Positions 26,285 through 40,985 are shown, numbered from the stretch's first letter. The stretch is 64,000 nucleotides of DNA from Chiloscyllium plagiosum (GCF_004010195.1 NC_057719.1:40771239-40835238); one strand, 5' to 3'. Translations and numbers: made by a program. The notes: generated by a model from the sequence alone, not told the origin.

Positions 26285-28031
26285 TCAAAGATCAGCAAGG
26301 CAACCTTTGTGTGGAGCTGCAGGAGGTGAGAGAGATACTAAATGAGTATTTTGCATTAGTGTTTACTGTGGAGAAGGACATGGAAGATATGTAGGGAAAT
26401 AGTTGGTGACATCTTGAAAAATGTCAATATTACAGGGGAGGAAGTGCTGGATGTCTTGAGATGCATAAAAGTGGATAAATCCCCAGGACCTGATCAAGTA
26501 TAACCTAGAACTCTATGGGAAGCTAGGGAAGTGATTGCTGAGACCCTTGCTAAAATATTTGTGTCATCGATAGTCACAGGTGAGGTGCCGGAAGACTGAA
26601 GGTTGGCTAATGTGGTGCCACTATTTAAGAAAGGTGATAAGGACAAGCCAGGAAAATATAGATCAGTGAGCCTGATGTTGGTGGTGGGCAAGTTGTTGGA
26701 GGGAATCCTGAGGGACAGGATTTATATATATTTGGAAAGGCAAGGATTAATTAGCGATAGTCAACATGGTTTTGTGTGTGGAAAATCATGTCTCATGAAC
26801 TTGATTGAGTTTTTGAAGAAGCAACAAAGAGGATTGATGAGGGCAGAGTGGTGGATGTGATCTATATGGACTTCAGTAAAGCTTTCAACAAGGTTCCCCA
26901 TGGGAGATTCAAGGTTAGATCTCATGGGATACAGGCAGAACTCACCATTTGGATACAGAACTGGCTCAAAGGTATAAGACAGAGGGTGGTCGTGGAGTGT
27001 TGTTTTTCAGACTGGAGGTCTGTGACCAGTGCTATGCCACAAGGATTGGTGTTGGGTCCTCTACTTTTTGTCATTTATATAAATGATTTGGATGTGAGCA
27101 TAAGAGGTGTAGTTAGTAAGTTTGCAAATGACACCAAAATTGGAGGTGTAGTGGACAGTGAAGATGGTTACCTCAGATTACAATGGGATCTTGATCAGAT
27201 GGGCCAAATGGGCTGAGGAGTGGCAGATGGAGTTTAATTTAGATAAATGCGAGGTGCTACATTTTGGGAAAGCAAACCTTAGCAAGACTTATACACTTAA
27301 TGGTAAGATCCATTAAGGGAGTGTTGCTGAACGAAGAGACCTTGGAGTGCAGGTTCATAATTCCTTGAAAGCGAGTTGCAGGTAGATAGGATGGTGAAGA
27401 AGACGTTTGGTATGCTTTCCCATATTGGTCAGAGTATTGAGTATAAGAATTGGGAGGTCATGTTGCGGCTGTACAGGACATTGGTTAGGCCACTTTTGGA
27501 ATATTGCGTGCAATTCTGGTCTCCATCCTGTCAGAAGTATGTTGTGAAACTTGAAAAGGTTCAGAAAAGATTTACAAGGATGTTGCCAGGTTTGGAGGAT
27601 TCGAGCTATAGGGAGAGGTTGAGTAGGTGAGGGCTGTTTTCCCTGGAGCGTCGGAGGCTGAGGGGTGACCTTATAAAATCATGAGGTTTATAAAATCATG
27701 AGGGGCATGGATAAGATAAATAGACAAAGTCTTTTCCTGGGGATCGGGGAGTCCAGAACTAGATGGCCTAGGTTTTGGGTGAGAGGAGAAAGATATACAA
27801 GAGACCTAAGGGGCAACATTTTCACACAGAGGCTGGTATGTGTATGGAATGAGCTACGAGAGGAAGTGATAGAGGCTGGTACACTTACAAAAGGCATCAG
27901 GATGACTATACGAATAGGAAGGGTTTGGAGGAATATGGGCTGGGTGCTAGATTAGATTAGGATATCTGGTCGGCATGGACGAGGTGGACTGAAGGGTTTG
28001 TTTCCGTGCTGTATACCTCCATGACTCTATG
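26285..28031 (+). mobile_element. CR1 ORF2 reverse transcriptase region and 3' UTR, 5'-truncated, decayed
   Basis: KSPGPD-like motif, ANVVPLFKKG, QHGF, YMDFSKAFNKVPH, PQGLVLGPLLF, KFANDTK, LVRPLLEYC; ends in atgactctatg. Confidence 0.95.
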
Positions 28032-30794
28032 GGTGGATAGAATGTGGAATGCAGTACCTGAGAGTGTATCTTTCCAAAGGGAATTGGTTAAGCACCTGAA
28101 GAAAAGAAAGGCAATGTGGTCTATGAGGGAAAATAAAGTTAAGAGTGAGACTGAATTGCTGTCGCAAAGAGCTGGCACAGGTACAAAGGACAAAACAGCC
28201 TTTGTTCAGTAGCTACTCTGAAAGTTTGAATCACATGAAGTCAGAAGGCCTCCTTTGCTAAAAGATGTTAATGAACCAAAAGCTCGTGGTTTCCTGGTCA
28301 ACATTACTGATTCTAACACTTTAATTCTAGATTTTGTTTAATTCATTCAATTTAGATTCTTCAGATGTCTTTAGATTTGAACTTATTGTTGTAGGTTTTT
28401 TATATTATTAAGCTAATCTAACCACTACGCTGCAGTGTCCCTGCAATGCAGAGCTGTTGGGCATTCCTTTGACCAAGACGATGTGTTAGGAATGGGTTTT
28501 TCCAGTAAATGTTAATCCTTCGGGTTTTACATTTGGCTTGTATCCTGTTAAGCGATTCACACTTTGGAAATCTAGCAGCATTCTAACAAGTCTTGTATAA
28601 TACAAAAATAGTTCATTTCACCATAAGTTTAGTTTGTGTCTTCACCCTGTGCAGCATCATCTTCAGATTTTATAATAATAGCAAGATTGAAATCAGAACA
28701 AGTAAGCAGATTTTTAATTTAAAAAATCTGGATGTGAGATAAAATGTTATGGGCTGTTTGGTTTTGCAGGTCCGTTCATTTTATTACTACCTTTGCGATC
28801 AGTTTTAGTTTGTGTTGGTAGTGTGATTATAAATTTTATTCTTTACAACCCTTCGTGATGATGGTTTGAGCAGGTGAGTTATTAATCAGCTTTCCGTGCA
28901 CAGATTCCTAGTCACAATACTTTGATCAATAGTTTTTCAACTTAATGCATCAAGATAATAAATGCATGTGTCTAGATTAAATCACAACAGTTTTGTCCAG
29001 CAGGTTGTGCATTTTGTTAACTGTTTGAATCAGATATGTGTCTTCAATTTAACACATACAAAAATGAAGCCTTGGAGGAGCCAAATCCTGATGGGTAATA
29101 AATATACATATAAATATGTCAGCCTTTCCCTATTCTGCTGCAAACCATTAGTCGGTTTGAGGCTTTGCATATCACAATCCTTGCAGAGCTACATTGAGCA
29201 GAGTTGTGTATGAAGCTGCTAAGATCAACTGTATATAGGTAGAAGTGATGACAGAATGACTGATCAGTGATGATGAAGGTGGTTTTGGGGATTCAACGTT
29301 AATGGAATACAATCCAAAGACATTATAAATCTTTAAGAAACCTGGGTACACAGGAGTCATTTGTTTTATGTTGAGCTGAATTCTATTCAGATCTTGTTTA
29401 GCAGTGATTAACCAAGTGAAAGTAAATTTCATTTATAGTCAATTATTAGAGGTCACTGAATCTTTGAAGAATTGTTGTGCTTTGTCAGTTACTCAACAAT
29501 GGCATTGCTCAGGCTTCTGGGATTTAACTTTCTGAGAAGTTGATGGCCTATTGGTTGTGAGGGTTATTTTCACTTGTTACATGGCTATGTTTTAAAGAAA
29601 TGGTTACTAACGTGAGACTCATAACAAGCACTTTAGTGAAATATTTCATCATCTGGAATCAACAACAATTATGTATATTTGTAAAGAGCCATTAACTCGT
29701 GAAATATGCCAAAGTGCTTCACAGTTGAGTTCAGACCCAAGTTTGAAAAGGAACAACATGAGAGTGTGTGAAAGAACGGTCAAAGACGAAGGCTGTAAGA
29801 AGAGTTTTGAAGATGTGAAGCAATGTATCAAGAAGGAGAGTTTTATGAAAAAAAAGTTCTGCGGTGTGAAAAGGCAAATTGAATGCAAAATTATATATGT
29901 GGGTGAATAGCTGTAGGACTGGAACTGGAGAAGGGAAAAGTGTGACCAGGCCTGGGGAAGGAGGAAGAATGAAGTCTGACTTGGAGAAACCTCAGGTTTG
30001 AAATTCCTTTCTGTATTAGCAGTCCTTCCCATTCAGTGGAAACACCAGCTGCCTCCACAAAACAAACCTCAATCTGTTTGAAGTCACGAAGCCTTGCCTA
30101 TGTTAACCATCCAACCACCCTCCCCCCCCCCCATTACTACTTTACCTCTATTAACCTTCCATAGTCCACTCATGCATTTCCTCAATCCACTCACTCACGT
30201 TCACTTACAAACAGAATTCACAAATCTTCTAACATTTGGAAGTCTTTGAAAGCTCATAAATTTGTCCAAAGTAAACAAGCTAATATTACCCTTGAGAGAT
30301 GTGTCAACAAACCCTGCTGAGCAGAATCCATTAGTGCTTTGGAAAGCAGCCAAGCATTCAAATTGACATTCCCCTGAACAATTACATAAACAAAACCTTA
30401 ATAACAGAATCCCTCTGAGGCTTTGAAGATAGGCAAAATCTCTGGTACCTGTCAGAACTTTGAAGTAGGTAAACAGATATGGGGTAACCAGCAAACAATG
30501 TAGAGAAACAAATACGGAAGTGATAGGTAACTTGTATAGTGTAGGCTACAAGTAACATACTTTTGGTTGGCAAAGTTTATGAAGAGTGGATTGAGGTCCA
30601 AACAGGAAAGCATTGTAGCAATAATGTCTGGAGGTGACAAAAGCATAGGTGAAGATTTCAGTGGAAGATGGGCTGAGTGTCTGCCAATGGAAGTGTACAA
30701 TACTTGTGATTTAACAAAGGTATAGTCAGAAACTGAGCTTTGGGTCAATTCGGTTGCGGAGGTTGCGAATTGTCTGGAAATGTCATGTCATTAA

Positions 30795-33700
30795 AGATAA
30801 TAAGACCATAAGACATAGGAGTGGAAGGAAGGCTATTTGGCCCATCGAGTCAGCCCAATCATGGCTGATAGACATTTCAACACCACTTACGCACACTCAA
30901 CCCATATCCCTTAATTCCTTGCGAGATTAAGAATTTATCAGTCTCTGCCTTGAAGACATTTAACATCCCGGCCTCCACTGTGCTCTGTGGCAATGCATTC
31001 CATAGGCCCACCACTCTCTGGCTGAAGAAATGTCTCCTCATTTCCATTCTAAGTTGATCTCCTCTAATCTCAGGCTGTGCCCACGGGTCCTCACATCCCC
31101 GACTGACGGAAGCAAATTCCCAGCATCCACCCTTTCTAAGCCATGCATTATCTAGTAAGTTTCTATTAGATCTCCCCTCAACTTTCTAAACTCTAATGAA
31201 TACAATCGCAGGATCCCCAGCTGTTCATCATATGTTAGGCCTACCATTCGAGGGATCATCCGTGTGAATCTCCCCTGGACACGTTCCAGTGCCAATATGT
31301 CCTTATTGAGGTGTAGGGCCCAAAACTGGACACAGTATTCGAAATGGGGCCTAACCAGAACTTTATAAAGTCTTAGTTGCACATCGCTGCTTTTACATTC
31401 TAACCCGCTTGAGGTAAATGACAACATTACATTTGTTTTCTTAACTACAGACTCAACCTGCAAGTCAACCTTTAGAGAATCCTGGACTAACACTCTCAGA
31501 TCCCTTTGCTTTATGAATTTTCTCACTGATTAGAAAATAGTCCATACCTGTATTCTTTTTTCCAAAGTGCAAGACTTCACATTTGCTCACATTGAATTTC
31601 AACAGCCATTTCTTGGACCACTCTCCTAAACTGTCTAAATCTTTCTGCAGCCTCCCTACCTCCTCAGAACTATCTGCCTGTCAGCCTAACTTTGTATCAT
31701 CAGCGAACTTCGCAGAATGCTCCCAGTCCCTTCATCCAGATCATTTATATATAAAGTGAACAGCTGCAGCCCCAACACTGAACCCTGCAGAATACCACCT
31801 GTCACTAGCTGCCCTTCCAAAAAAGACCCTTTTATCCCAACTTTCTACCTTCTGTCAGACAGCCAATCCTCAATCCATGCCAGTAGTTCACCTCGAACGC
31901 CATGGACCCTTACCTTATTCAGCAGCCTCCATGAGGCACCTTATCAAAGGCCTTTTGGAAGTCTAGGTAGATAACATCCACTGGGTTTCCCTGGTCTAAC
32001 CTACTTGTTACCTCTTCAAAAAATTCTAACAGCTTTGTCAGGCACAACCATCCCTTACTAAATCCATGCTGACTTGTTCTTATCCAACCCTGCACTTACA
32101 AGAATTTAGAAATCTCATCCTTATCTATGGATTCTTGAATTTTACCTACAACCGAGGTTAGGCTAATTGGCCTGTAATTTTTCATCCTTTGTCTTGATCC
32201 TTTCCTGAACAAGGGGATTACAACAGCAATGTTCCAATCATCTGGGACTTTCCCTAACTCCAGTGACTTATGAAAGATTCCAACCAACACCTCTGCTATT
32301 TTCTCAGCCACCTCTCTCAGAACTCTGAGATGTAGCCCATCAGGGCCAGGAGATTTATCAATTTTGAGACTTTTTAGCTTTTCGAGCACTTTCTCTTTTG
32401 TAATGGCTACTATACTCAGCTCTGCTCCTTGACTCTCCTTAATTGTTAGGATATTACTCATGTCTTCCATTGTGAAGACTGACACAAAGTATTTATTAAT
32501 TCTTCAACTATTTCCTTTTCTCCCATCACTAGCCTTCCTGCATCAATTTGGAGTGGCCCAATTTCTACTTTTGCTTCTTGTTTGTTTCTTATGTATTGAA
32601 ATAAACTTTTACTATCATTTCTAATATTACTGGCTAGCTTACCTTCATATTTGATCCTCTCCTTCCTTATTTCTCTCTTTGTTATCCTCTGTTTGTTTTT
32701 GTAGTCTTCCCAATCGTCTGATTTCCCAATGCTCTTGGCCACTTTATAGGCTCTCTCTTTTTCTTTGATACATTTCCTGACTTTCTTTGTCAGCCTTGGC
32801 TGTCTAATCCCCCTCCCCGGATAATCTTTCTTTCCTTTGGGATGAACCTCTGTACTATGTCCTCAATTACACCCAGAATCTCCTTCCATTGTTGCTCTAC
32901 TGTCTTCCCCACTAGGCTCTGCTTCCAATCGATTTTCGTCAGTTCCTCTCTCATGCCCCTGTAATTACCTTTATTTAACTGTAACACCATTACATCCGAT
33001 TTTGCCTTCTCTCTTTCAAACTGCAGACTGAACTCTACCATATTATGATCGCTGCCTGCTAAGTGATCCCTTACTTTAAGATCTTTTATAAAGTCTGCCT
33101 CATTACATAGCACTAAGTCCAGAATAGCTTGCTCCCTTGTGGGATCCATCACAAACTGTTCCAAAAAGCCATCCTGTAAGCATTCCATGAATTCCCTTTC
33201 TTTGGGTCCACTGCCAACAGTATCCACCCAGTCCATTTGCATATTGAAATTCCCCCATGATCACCATGACCTTGCCTTTCTGACACTCCCTATCTATTTC
33301 CTGGTACATCTTGCGCCCCTGGTCCTGACCACTGCTGGGACGTCCATACATATCTCCCATTATGGTTTTACTTTTGCCTTTGTGGTTCCTCAGCTCCACA
33401 CAGCCTCCACATCATCTGATCCTATGTGATTCAGTGCCATAGATTTAATTTCACTCTTAACTAACAAGGCAACTTCGTCCCCTCTGCCCACCTCTCTGTC
33501 ATTTCGATAAGTTGTAAATCCTTGGATGTTTAACTGCCAGTCCTGAGCCCCCTGCAACCACATCTCTGTGATGCCTACCACATCATAATTCACGATGATT
33601 TGTGCTGTTAATTCATCTACTTTGTTACGAATACTACAAGCATTCAGGTAAAGCACCTTAATGCTAATTTTCTTGTCCTCATGATTTCCATCACCTCTTG

Positions 33701-33965
33701 TAATATGTCCTCAGTTAGCTTTCCTTTTTGCTTCATTCCTGGTTGCCTTGAACTTAAACCCTGCACACTTGCTAACCTGCAGCTTATCTTTCTACTTGAC
33801 TCCATACTCCTTGTTGCTTTCCCTTTCCCTTCCCCCTCGAATCACGCATTTAAAGTCCTAGTGACCACTTTTTTTATCCTTTTTACCAGAACACTGGTTC
33901 CAGATCGGTTCAGGTGGCGATTGTCCCATCGGTACAGATCGCTCCAGTTCCAAAACTGATGCCAG
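30795..33965 (-). mobile_element. CR1 (second subfamily): near-complete decayed ORF2 (EN+RT) plus end of ORF1
   Basis: LYLNACSIRNKVDEL..GITEMWL, PTREQAILDLVL, SDHNMV, KSPGPDGLH, NYRPISLTS, LVRPHFEYC; tail tcttatggtcttat on minus. Confidence 0.95.
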
Positions 33966-36084
33966 TTAACGGATAATGGAATAGGCATGAATTTTAAAAT
34001 ACATTGTCAGGGTGTTGCCATCATAGGCCAAACTGACAATTATTGTCCAGCCACAGTTTTCCTGAGAAAGCTTGAATGAACTCTGAAGGTTTTAGATGGT
34101 CTTTAAGAATAAACCACATTGCGGTCAGACTGGGTCTGGATAGCAGATTTATTTGCTTAAAACGCATGATAGTAGTGAAGCAATTGGATTTCTACCATGA
34201 ATACTCACTCTTTTATGGACACAAGCTTTTGTTTCCAAATTTTTAAAAGCCTGAATTAAAATTATCGAATTGCAAGTAGCATTTGAATTTAAGTATTCCT
34301 GGATTATTTATCCAGGTTTCTCCATTATCAGTCTTGTAAACTAACCACTACACTACCACACCCTGATATTATATTGTCAAATATAATTCCGACTGTCACC
34401 ACTGACTGTAATTTCAAGCCACTGACAATTTTTCTTCCACTGTAGTGCACCACTGAATAATGTAAACTGACACTGGTGGCTTTACCACTTAAGTTTAATG
34501 CCTGATTGGTTCTTTCAGTATTCCCTTCAAATTTTGTTCATGCCCTGTGCTTTTTCCGCTTGCCTTCTCCTCTCACCTGGCATCCTGGTAATGTTCCAGT
34601 TCTTCGTCCTGCAATATTTGGTCTGTTTGTGAAGTCTCATGTTCCTCACTGCCCAATTCACTCATGCTGTGTTGTCGAGAACTATGCAAGTTTACTCACT
34701 GGAAACGAAGATGTTATCTGCTTTGCATGAGATTTCTTTGACATCTCAACAGATGCTCATATTTCCACTCATGCTATGTCTTTTAAGCATGTGCGATTTT
34801 TCCTGCCTCAGTTAAAAGCAAGTGCTGTAAAATAAATACTATAGATTAGCAGAAAATTAACAGATAGTGTTGTATTTCTCCTTTTGCATGGCGAGAGGTT
34901 TGTTGAATATATTAGAGTTTTCAGTATATGGTCTTTTTATCTCAAGTATATTCCATTCAAAACCAGCTTAGCTGATGGATTTGTCTCCCGGTCAGCCAGA
35001 TAATGTGCCAGAGTTGGAATACGGTCAGGCACATGGAGAAAGCAACTAGATTAATGACAGCACAGGATGTGTGGGAGTGGTTATTAGGAGGTAGGTGGGA
35101 TGCTTTAAAATCCAGAGTTGTGAGGGTTCCCAATAGGTGGGTGGGCACCTGCTCAGGTATCATGGGACAGGAGCTTGATTTCCAATCCTAGGAAGAGTGC
35201 AGAAATTTGAGATTGATGCTGGGTATCACAGCCTGACTTACACTTCTGAAATGTCAGGTTTCCTGGATAGGAGCACTTTGGGTCAGGAAGAGGCAGTAGT
35301 TGGCTAGGGAACAGGGGACTATGTGGGGAGGAGTCTAATGCTGGACATGTAAGTCAGCACTCCTATTCATCTTGGTTCCACAAACTGTGCTGAAAGGGCA
35401 TCTTTTCCTTGAAATACCCCTTGCCTTTCTTTAGCTGTTGGGTTTTCTGAAGTCAGACAAACCTTAATGACCAGGAAGCATTGGAAGATCGATCTGCTAT
35501 GAAGGAAACAACCTAATGATAATAAATCAGCAACATGCCACCGAGGCAAGAATTGCTTGCCTCCCACCCCCAAAGCAGTTCCACCTCCTCTGGCATAAGT
35601 GGATTGAGGACTGGTTAAACGTTTTTTTAAAAATTGACATTTTTGCATGATTAAAAATTAAGTTTGCGCCCCAGCCAAATTGTTTACTTTAGCTGTTTAA
35701 AGAAATTGAAGTAACTGCAAGAGAAAGCAAAAATATATTGATGTTAATTATATTGCTTTTTAATTATTCAACTTTGAGATGTAGACATAATTGGTCAAAG
35801 CCCCTCTTTCAATTATATTTCACAAAATATAAAATTGGTGATGATGTTAGGCCTATGCAAAGTATTGTGTATGTATATTGAAGAAAAAGTTTTTAAACGT
35901 GACTAAATTTTACTTGTCTTACTCTGTAGCGGGTATAAAAGATTGGAATTCCCCATTCTGAGATTATTTTTGTCATGATCAGGTACAAGTAGTCAGCATA
36001 CTTTGACATGATCAATCAAATGTGACAATCTTGGTTAGGATGATAACAGTCATATGGTTTCCTTAAGAAACTTAAATTAATGGG

Positions 36085-36270
36085 TGCAGAGAAAGTAGTG
36101 TCAATGTTTCAGGACCAATGACCCTTCATCAGAACTATTAGTCCTTCATCAGAAAAGTGTCGCTGATCCAAAATGTTGACTCTGCGTTCTGTTCTCAGTT
36201 GCTGCCAGACCTGCTGTATTTCTCCCAACTATTTCTATTTTTGTTTCAGGTTTCCAGAATCCAGAGTTTT
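36085..36270. mobile_element. Old fold-back PLE terminal element with hammerhead motif on minus strand (36098-36136)
   Basis: Minus: agtt-CTGATGA-a-gggtc-att-ggtcct-GAAA-ca-TT-gac. A decayed plus-strand arm similar to 2680-2800 follows. Confidence 0.65.
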
Positions 36271-39200
36271 TGGTTGAATATAAATTAATGGGGTTCATTT
36301 GACTCTCTTGCTCAATGAAAATAATGCCCGACAAAAAGTGGCCAATGGGCTACCACCTCATTGCCACCAAAGCTTTGGGTAGCCCACTCTACCTCCTAAA
36401 TCAGACGTTAAGGCTTTCTATTGCAAATTCTGGTCTGTTTACGTCAAGTCCTACCATTTCAGTGCTGATAAAACTTGGTCCTTGATGATGGGCTAGACCT
36501 CCCCATTGGGACAGCTGGATGGCTATGGAATTTCACAGCATAAATGAATACCCCAGGGCTGGTTCTGAAAGACCTGCCCAAGTAGCTCCAATCACCAACT
36601 CCTGCCCTGCAACCTTTTATCCTTTTAACTAACTTTTTAAGATATCATGGATTTTGCTTGAAACCTATTTCTAGTGGGATCATTACAGATCTAACATTCC
36701 TGTTGGCTGAAAACTGTCTAAGTCTTTCCATTAGCTTTCATGCTGAGGATCTTAGTCACAGAAAAGGTACTTAGTGTGCCTCCACAGAATATATGTGTCA
36801 CTATAGTACAGACCACACCTAAAAATTTATGTACGTTCACACTGTTGATGAATGACATTGAAGTTAGATCCCTAATATGGAACAGCTCAATTTTAATACG
36901 TAAAATATTAAAAATATATCAGCTGAATCTGTCCAGTGATTTATATTTATTAAAAGAGCATGCATGAAGCCACTGTTTTTTTCCCCATTGATTAAACTAT
37001 CAGGTTTGGTGTGAGAATAAATCACTCCTGTCCAAATGTTTACTGTGTAACTGCAGCAATCATTATATCTTTCAGTCTGTGCATCGCTTGAAGGAAAAGT
37101 AATCTGAGAAGGAGACTCCCCTTGACAGTGAAGCCTTGATTTATACGCCAGCAGCCTGAAGTGTATTTATTTATTTCAGAACTTTGATACCATTATTACT
37201 AAACTTTTCTTTATTTTTGTGCAGGCATAAAGGTTGTAGTTATTCATCTGGGTGTCGAAACGACATGCGAGACATGTTATTGAATTGCTATCAGGCCATT
37301 TGATCAATTGTTTTTTTGATTAATCTCCAAAGTTCACAAAGTGAGTACTAAAGAGCCATCTGTAATTGTTATCATTTTCCTAAGGGAATTTGGAAGGGAA
37401 TTGATGCTGATTGATTTCCTTCTTCAAAGTTTTCTGTCCTTTCCCCCCACTTTTCCTTAAGGTGCCGGCTAACGCTAGGTTTTATTGGCATCAGGTACCT
37501 CTCAGTACGTCACTCAAATGGCCATTTTTCACCCGTTATAGACCATGAATGTCTGCTTGGCATTTCATTGTGCATGTCATCACATCTAAAGCCAATCCTG
37601 TCACTACTTTAACTCAGTTCTCACAGAGAGCATTTGCCAGGTATTTTCTGTGTGCAGTTTAGTCTTATGCTAATACCAGCACCTGAATTGCTGTTTCAGC
37701 TGAAGACGTAATGGGCTCACATTTATATTTGCTATCCTGAAGTAGTCTACATTGTACAGAATGCATATCTGGAGCAGTGCCAGTGCTCTATCTGCTTGAA
37801 TCATTACAGTTCTAGATGACAGTATTCCACAGTGACAAATTTAGGAAATTCGTGAATATTGACATGGGGTGGAACCTTATACGGGTCTGAGTGATGTGGA
37901 TTATGGCGAGATTAATGGCAGAATCAGAGACAAGTCTGGCAAGGTTACCTCAACGTCAGGAACATTGTGCTCCATCTTTTACATCTTTGTGGATTGGTGA
38001 ATGAGCATTGGTATCTGACATGTGCCAGTCTCTAAGAACCCACATGGCACATCTCCGATCGACTTACTTCAATGCAGCACCTTGGGTTGCACCAGCAAAT
38101 GCAGCAGCAAGGACACTGTGTGCTCAGGGACGTGCACCCAACTCATGGACTGGTTGCACCCTGGTGGGTCCTGCAGAGTGGTGATCTGTTTCAGTGTCTT
38201 CAGCGTAGTGGCTCCATCCTGGGACAGCAGCAGTCTTGGTGATGAGGTGGGCCTGGCCTAGGATCCCAATGACCCGAGATTCCTAGGCAGCTTCTGTGGA
38301 ATCTTGTGGCCTGGGATCCCAACAGCCCAGTGTGATGGTCTGCTTCAGTGATGGCTTCGATGTTGGCTTTCTGCAGCGGTGGAGAATAGGGTTCCTGTCT
38401 TTTCCTCAACCTTGGGAACCCATCAACTGTGAATTGAACAAAGGTGGACTTTGTCTTAATTTTTTAAATATATATGATTTCTGTTATTAATAAAGGCATC
38501 TTAAACACTTTTCATTATATTTTTACAAAGAATACAAGTGACAATAAATGAATATTCTGCTCTGTTTAGCCTTCATTCAGAGGGGTTCAGGCACAGTAAA
38601 TCAAGGACATCCTCTGATACCAGTACTGGGGCTTGGGTGCAGTCAGTCAGCCAGCAGGGTGATTAATGTCAGGGTGCTCTCTACATAAATTGAGAGAACC
38701 TCTATAAGACCTGTTGCCTGTCTTGACTCTTTCTGCACTACTTTGGTCTGTCTTCCTCCTGGAATGAAAGGGACGTAGGCATAAGGTGACATGAGAGTGG
38801 GTGGCACAGTTGTTACTACTGGTGCAGGGGGAGAGGTGACCCAATTAAATGAGTGGGCAGCACAGAAAGGTAATGGTGCAAAACAATTTTCACCCAGTGC
38901 AACAGTAAGCAATGCTGGAGGCAGCACCCGTCTCAGTGCTTGTCTGGGTGCCTTGCAGTGTTTTAAGTTTGGGCCGGTGCCAGGGATAGTGGTCAATGCA
39001 AAATATCTTAACAGTGCTGAGTTATTCTCGGATTGTGCGAGATAAGATGGGGCTAGAATTGGACAAGAGAGATGCCATAAAAGTAGGGTAGATAGTTAAT
39101 GAGATGACTTTAGCAAGATATAATAAGTAACTCACAAAACTTGTGGTGAGAATCCTCCAAATGATTCTATGCAACTTGCATTTGAACAAAAATATGTAAG

Positions 39201-39608
39201 GTTCAGCTCTTTAGGATGAAAAAGAAAGATAAAAGATTGGTCTGTGAATTGGAGGGGGAATTGTTGGCATTTCCATTATTCTGTTACTCTTTTTATTCTT
39301 TGTGGTATATGTTGCAGGGGGGAAACGCTGTTCAAATAGGATTGACAGCTGCTGTGAATGTTATAGAGATTATGTAATGTAGCCTCCGCAGCAGTAGGTG
39401 GATAGTTATTAGGTTTGGTAGCTAAGGCACTAACCGAATGGATTGCATTTCCCTAGATGATAGTAAATTCCTTGAGTGTTTTTGTGTCTGTATGGTATTC
39501 CATTACATTCCTGCCTTGGACCTTGTAGATGGTGGAGCAACAACACGGAGTCAGAAAGTCAGCTATGCAGTGACTAGTCCTCTTAGGTTGTCCCTTGGGA
39601 TGAAAAAA

Positions 39609-40421
39609 AGGAGAAAGTGAGGACTGCAGATGCTGGAGATCAGAGCTGAAAATGTGTTGCTGGAAAAGTGCAACAGGCCAGGCAGCATCCAAGGAACAGG
39701 AGAATCGACGTTTCGGACATAAGCCCTTTTTCAGGAATGGGGAAAGTGTGTCCAGCAGGCTAAGATAAAAGGTAGGGAGGAGGGACTTGGGGGAGGGGCA
39801 TTGGAAATGCGATAGGTCTTCCTCCAACCGTCGTGTTGCTATGGTCTGGTGATGGAGGAGTCCAAGGACCTGCATGTCCTTGGCGGAGTGGGAGGGGGAG
39901 TTGAAGTGTTGAGCTACGGAGTGGTTGGGTTGGTTGGTCCGGGTGTCCCAGAGGTGTTCTCTGAAACGTTCCGCAAGTAGGTGGCCTGTCTCCCCAATCG
40001 GGTGCAGCGGATGCAATAAATGATGTGTGTGGAGTTGCAGGTGAATTTGTGGCGGATATGGAAGGATCCCTTGGGGCCTTGGAGGGAAGTAAGGGGAGAG
40101 GTGTGGGCGCAAGTTTTGCATTTCTTCGGTTGCAGGGGAAGGTGCCGGGTGTGGAGGTTGGGTTGGTGGGGGGTGTCGACCTGATGAGGGAGTCACGGAG
40201 GGAGTGGTCTTTTCGGAACGCTGCTAGGGGAGGGGAGGGAAATGTGTCCCTGGTGGTGGGATCCGTTTGGAGATGGCGGAAATGATGTCGGATGATACGT
40301 TGTATATGGAGGTTGGTAGGGTGGTAGGTGAGGACCAGTGGGGTTCTGTCCTGGTGGCGGTTGGAGGGGCAGGGCTAAAGGGCGGAGGAGCGAGAAGTGG
40401 AGGAGATGCGGTGGAGGTGAA
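39609..40421 (-). mobile_element. Penelope-like element 3' part (linker, Cys motif, GIY-YIG, terminal repeat), internally deleted
   Basis: QDRTPLVLTYHP, IGETGHLLAERFREHL, AQHFNSPSHS. Hammerhead at 39702-39738 has the core changed to CTGAAAA. Confidence 0.9.
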
Positions 40422-40661
40422 GATGACCTGTTTCCAATTTGATTTGATAGATTCTGAAATGGCTGATAAATCCACTGGGCAATTTGAGACTCTGCAGACA
40501 AATAGAACAGTTGGTACTGAAGGATTGCTCAAAAACATTATTCAGAGGTTTGTACACTCCCTCTGACATCTTGACCCTGCCTCTGCCTGCTTCCAGACAT
40601 ATCTCTTAATGTGTTCCATGCCTTCCTCAATAGACCTTCTCATTTTGTTCAGTCACAGCAG

Positions 40662-40985
40662 GGTCTCCCATGAATTAAGGTAAATAGACAAAGTATTTTC
40701 CCCGGGTGGGGGAGTCCAAAGCTAGAGGACATAGGTTTAGTGAGAGGGGAAAAATTTGAAGAAGACCTAAGGGGCAACTTTTTCATGCAGAGAGTGGTGT
40801 GCTTATGGAATGAGCTGCCAGAAGAAGTGGTGAAGGTTGGCACAATTACAACATTTAAAAGGTATCTGGATGGATACATGAATATGAAGGGTTTAGAGGG
40901 ATATGGGCCAAATGCTGTCAAATGAAAGTAGATTTATTCAGGATATCTGGTCAGTGTGGATGAGTTGAACCAAAGGGTCTGTTAA
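40662..40985 (+). mobile_element. CR1 3' end
   Basis: DLRGNFFMQRVVCLWNELPEEVV..FKRYLD; shared 3' UTR. Confidence 0.9.

Noticed and set aside
27671..27703. Short duplication of ttataaaatcatgagg
   Set aside because: Local slippage inside a dead CR1; no functional implication.
38020..39060. Relatively GC-rich block with several short ORFs
   Set aside because: No recognisable domain, splice structure or termini; probably decayed transposon but unassignable by eye.
39453..40566. Several 86-247 aa Pro/Gly-rich ORFs
   Set aside because: Alternative frames and antisense of a frameshifted Penelope remnant.
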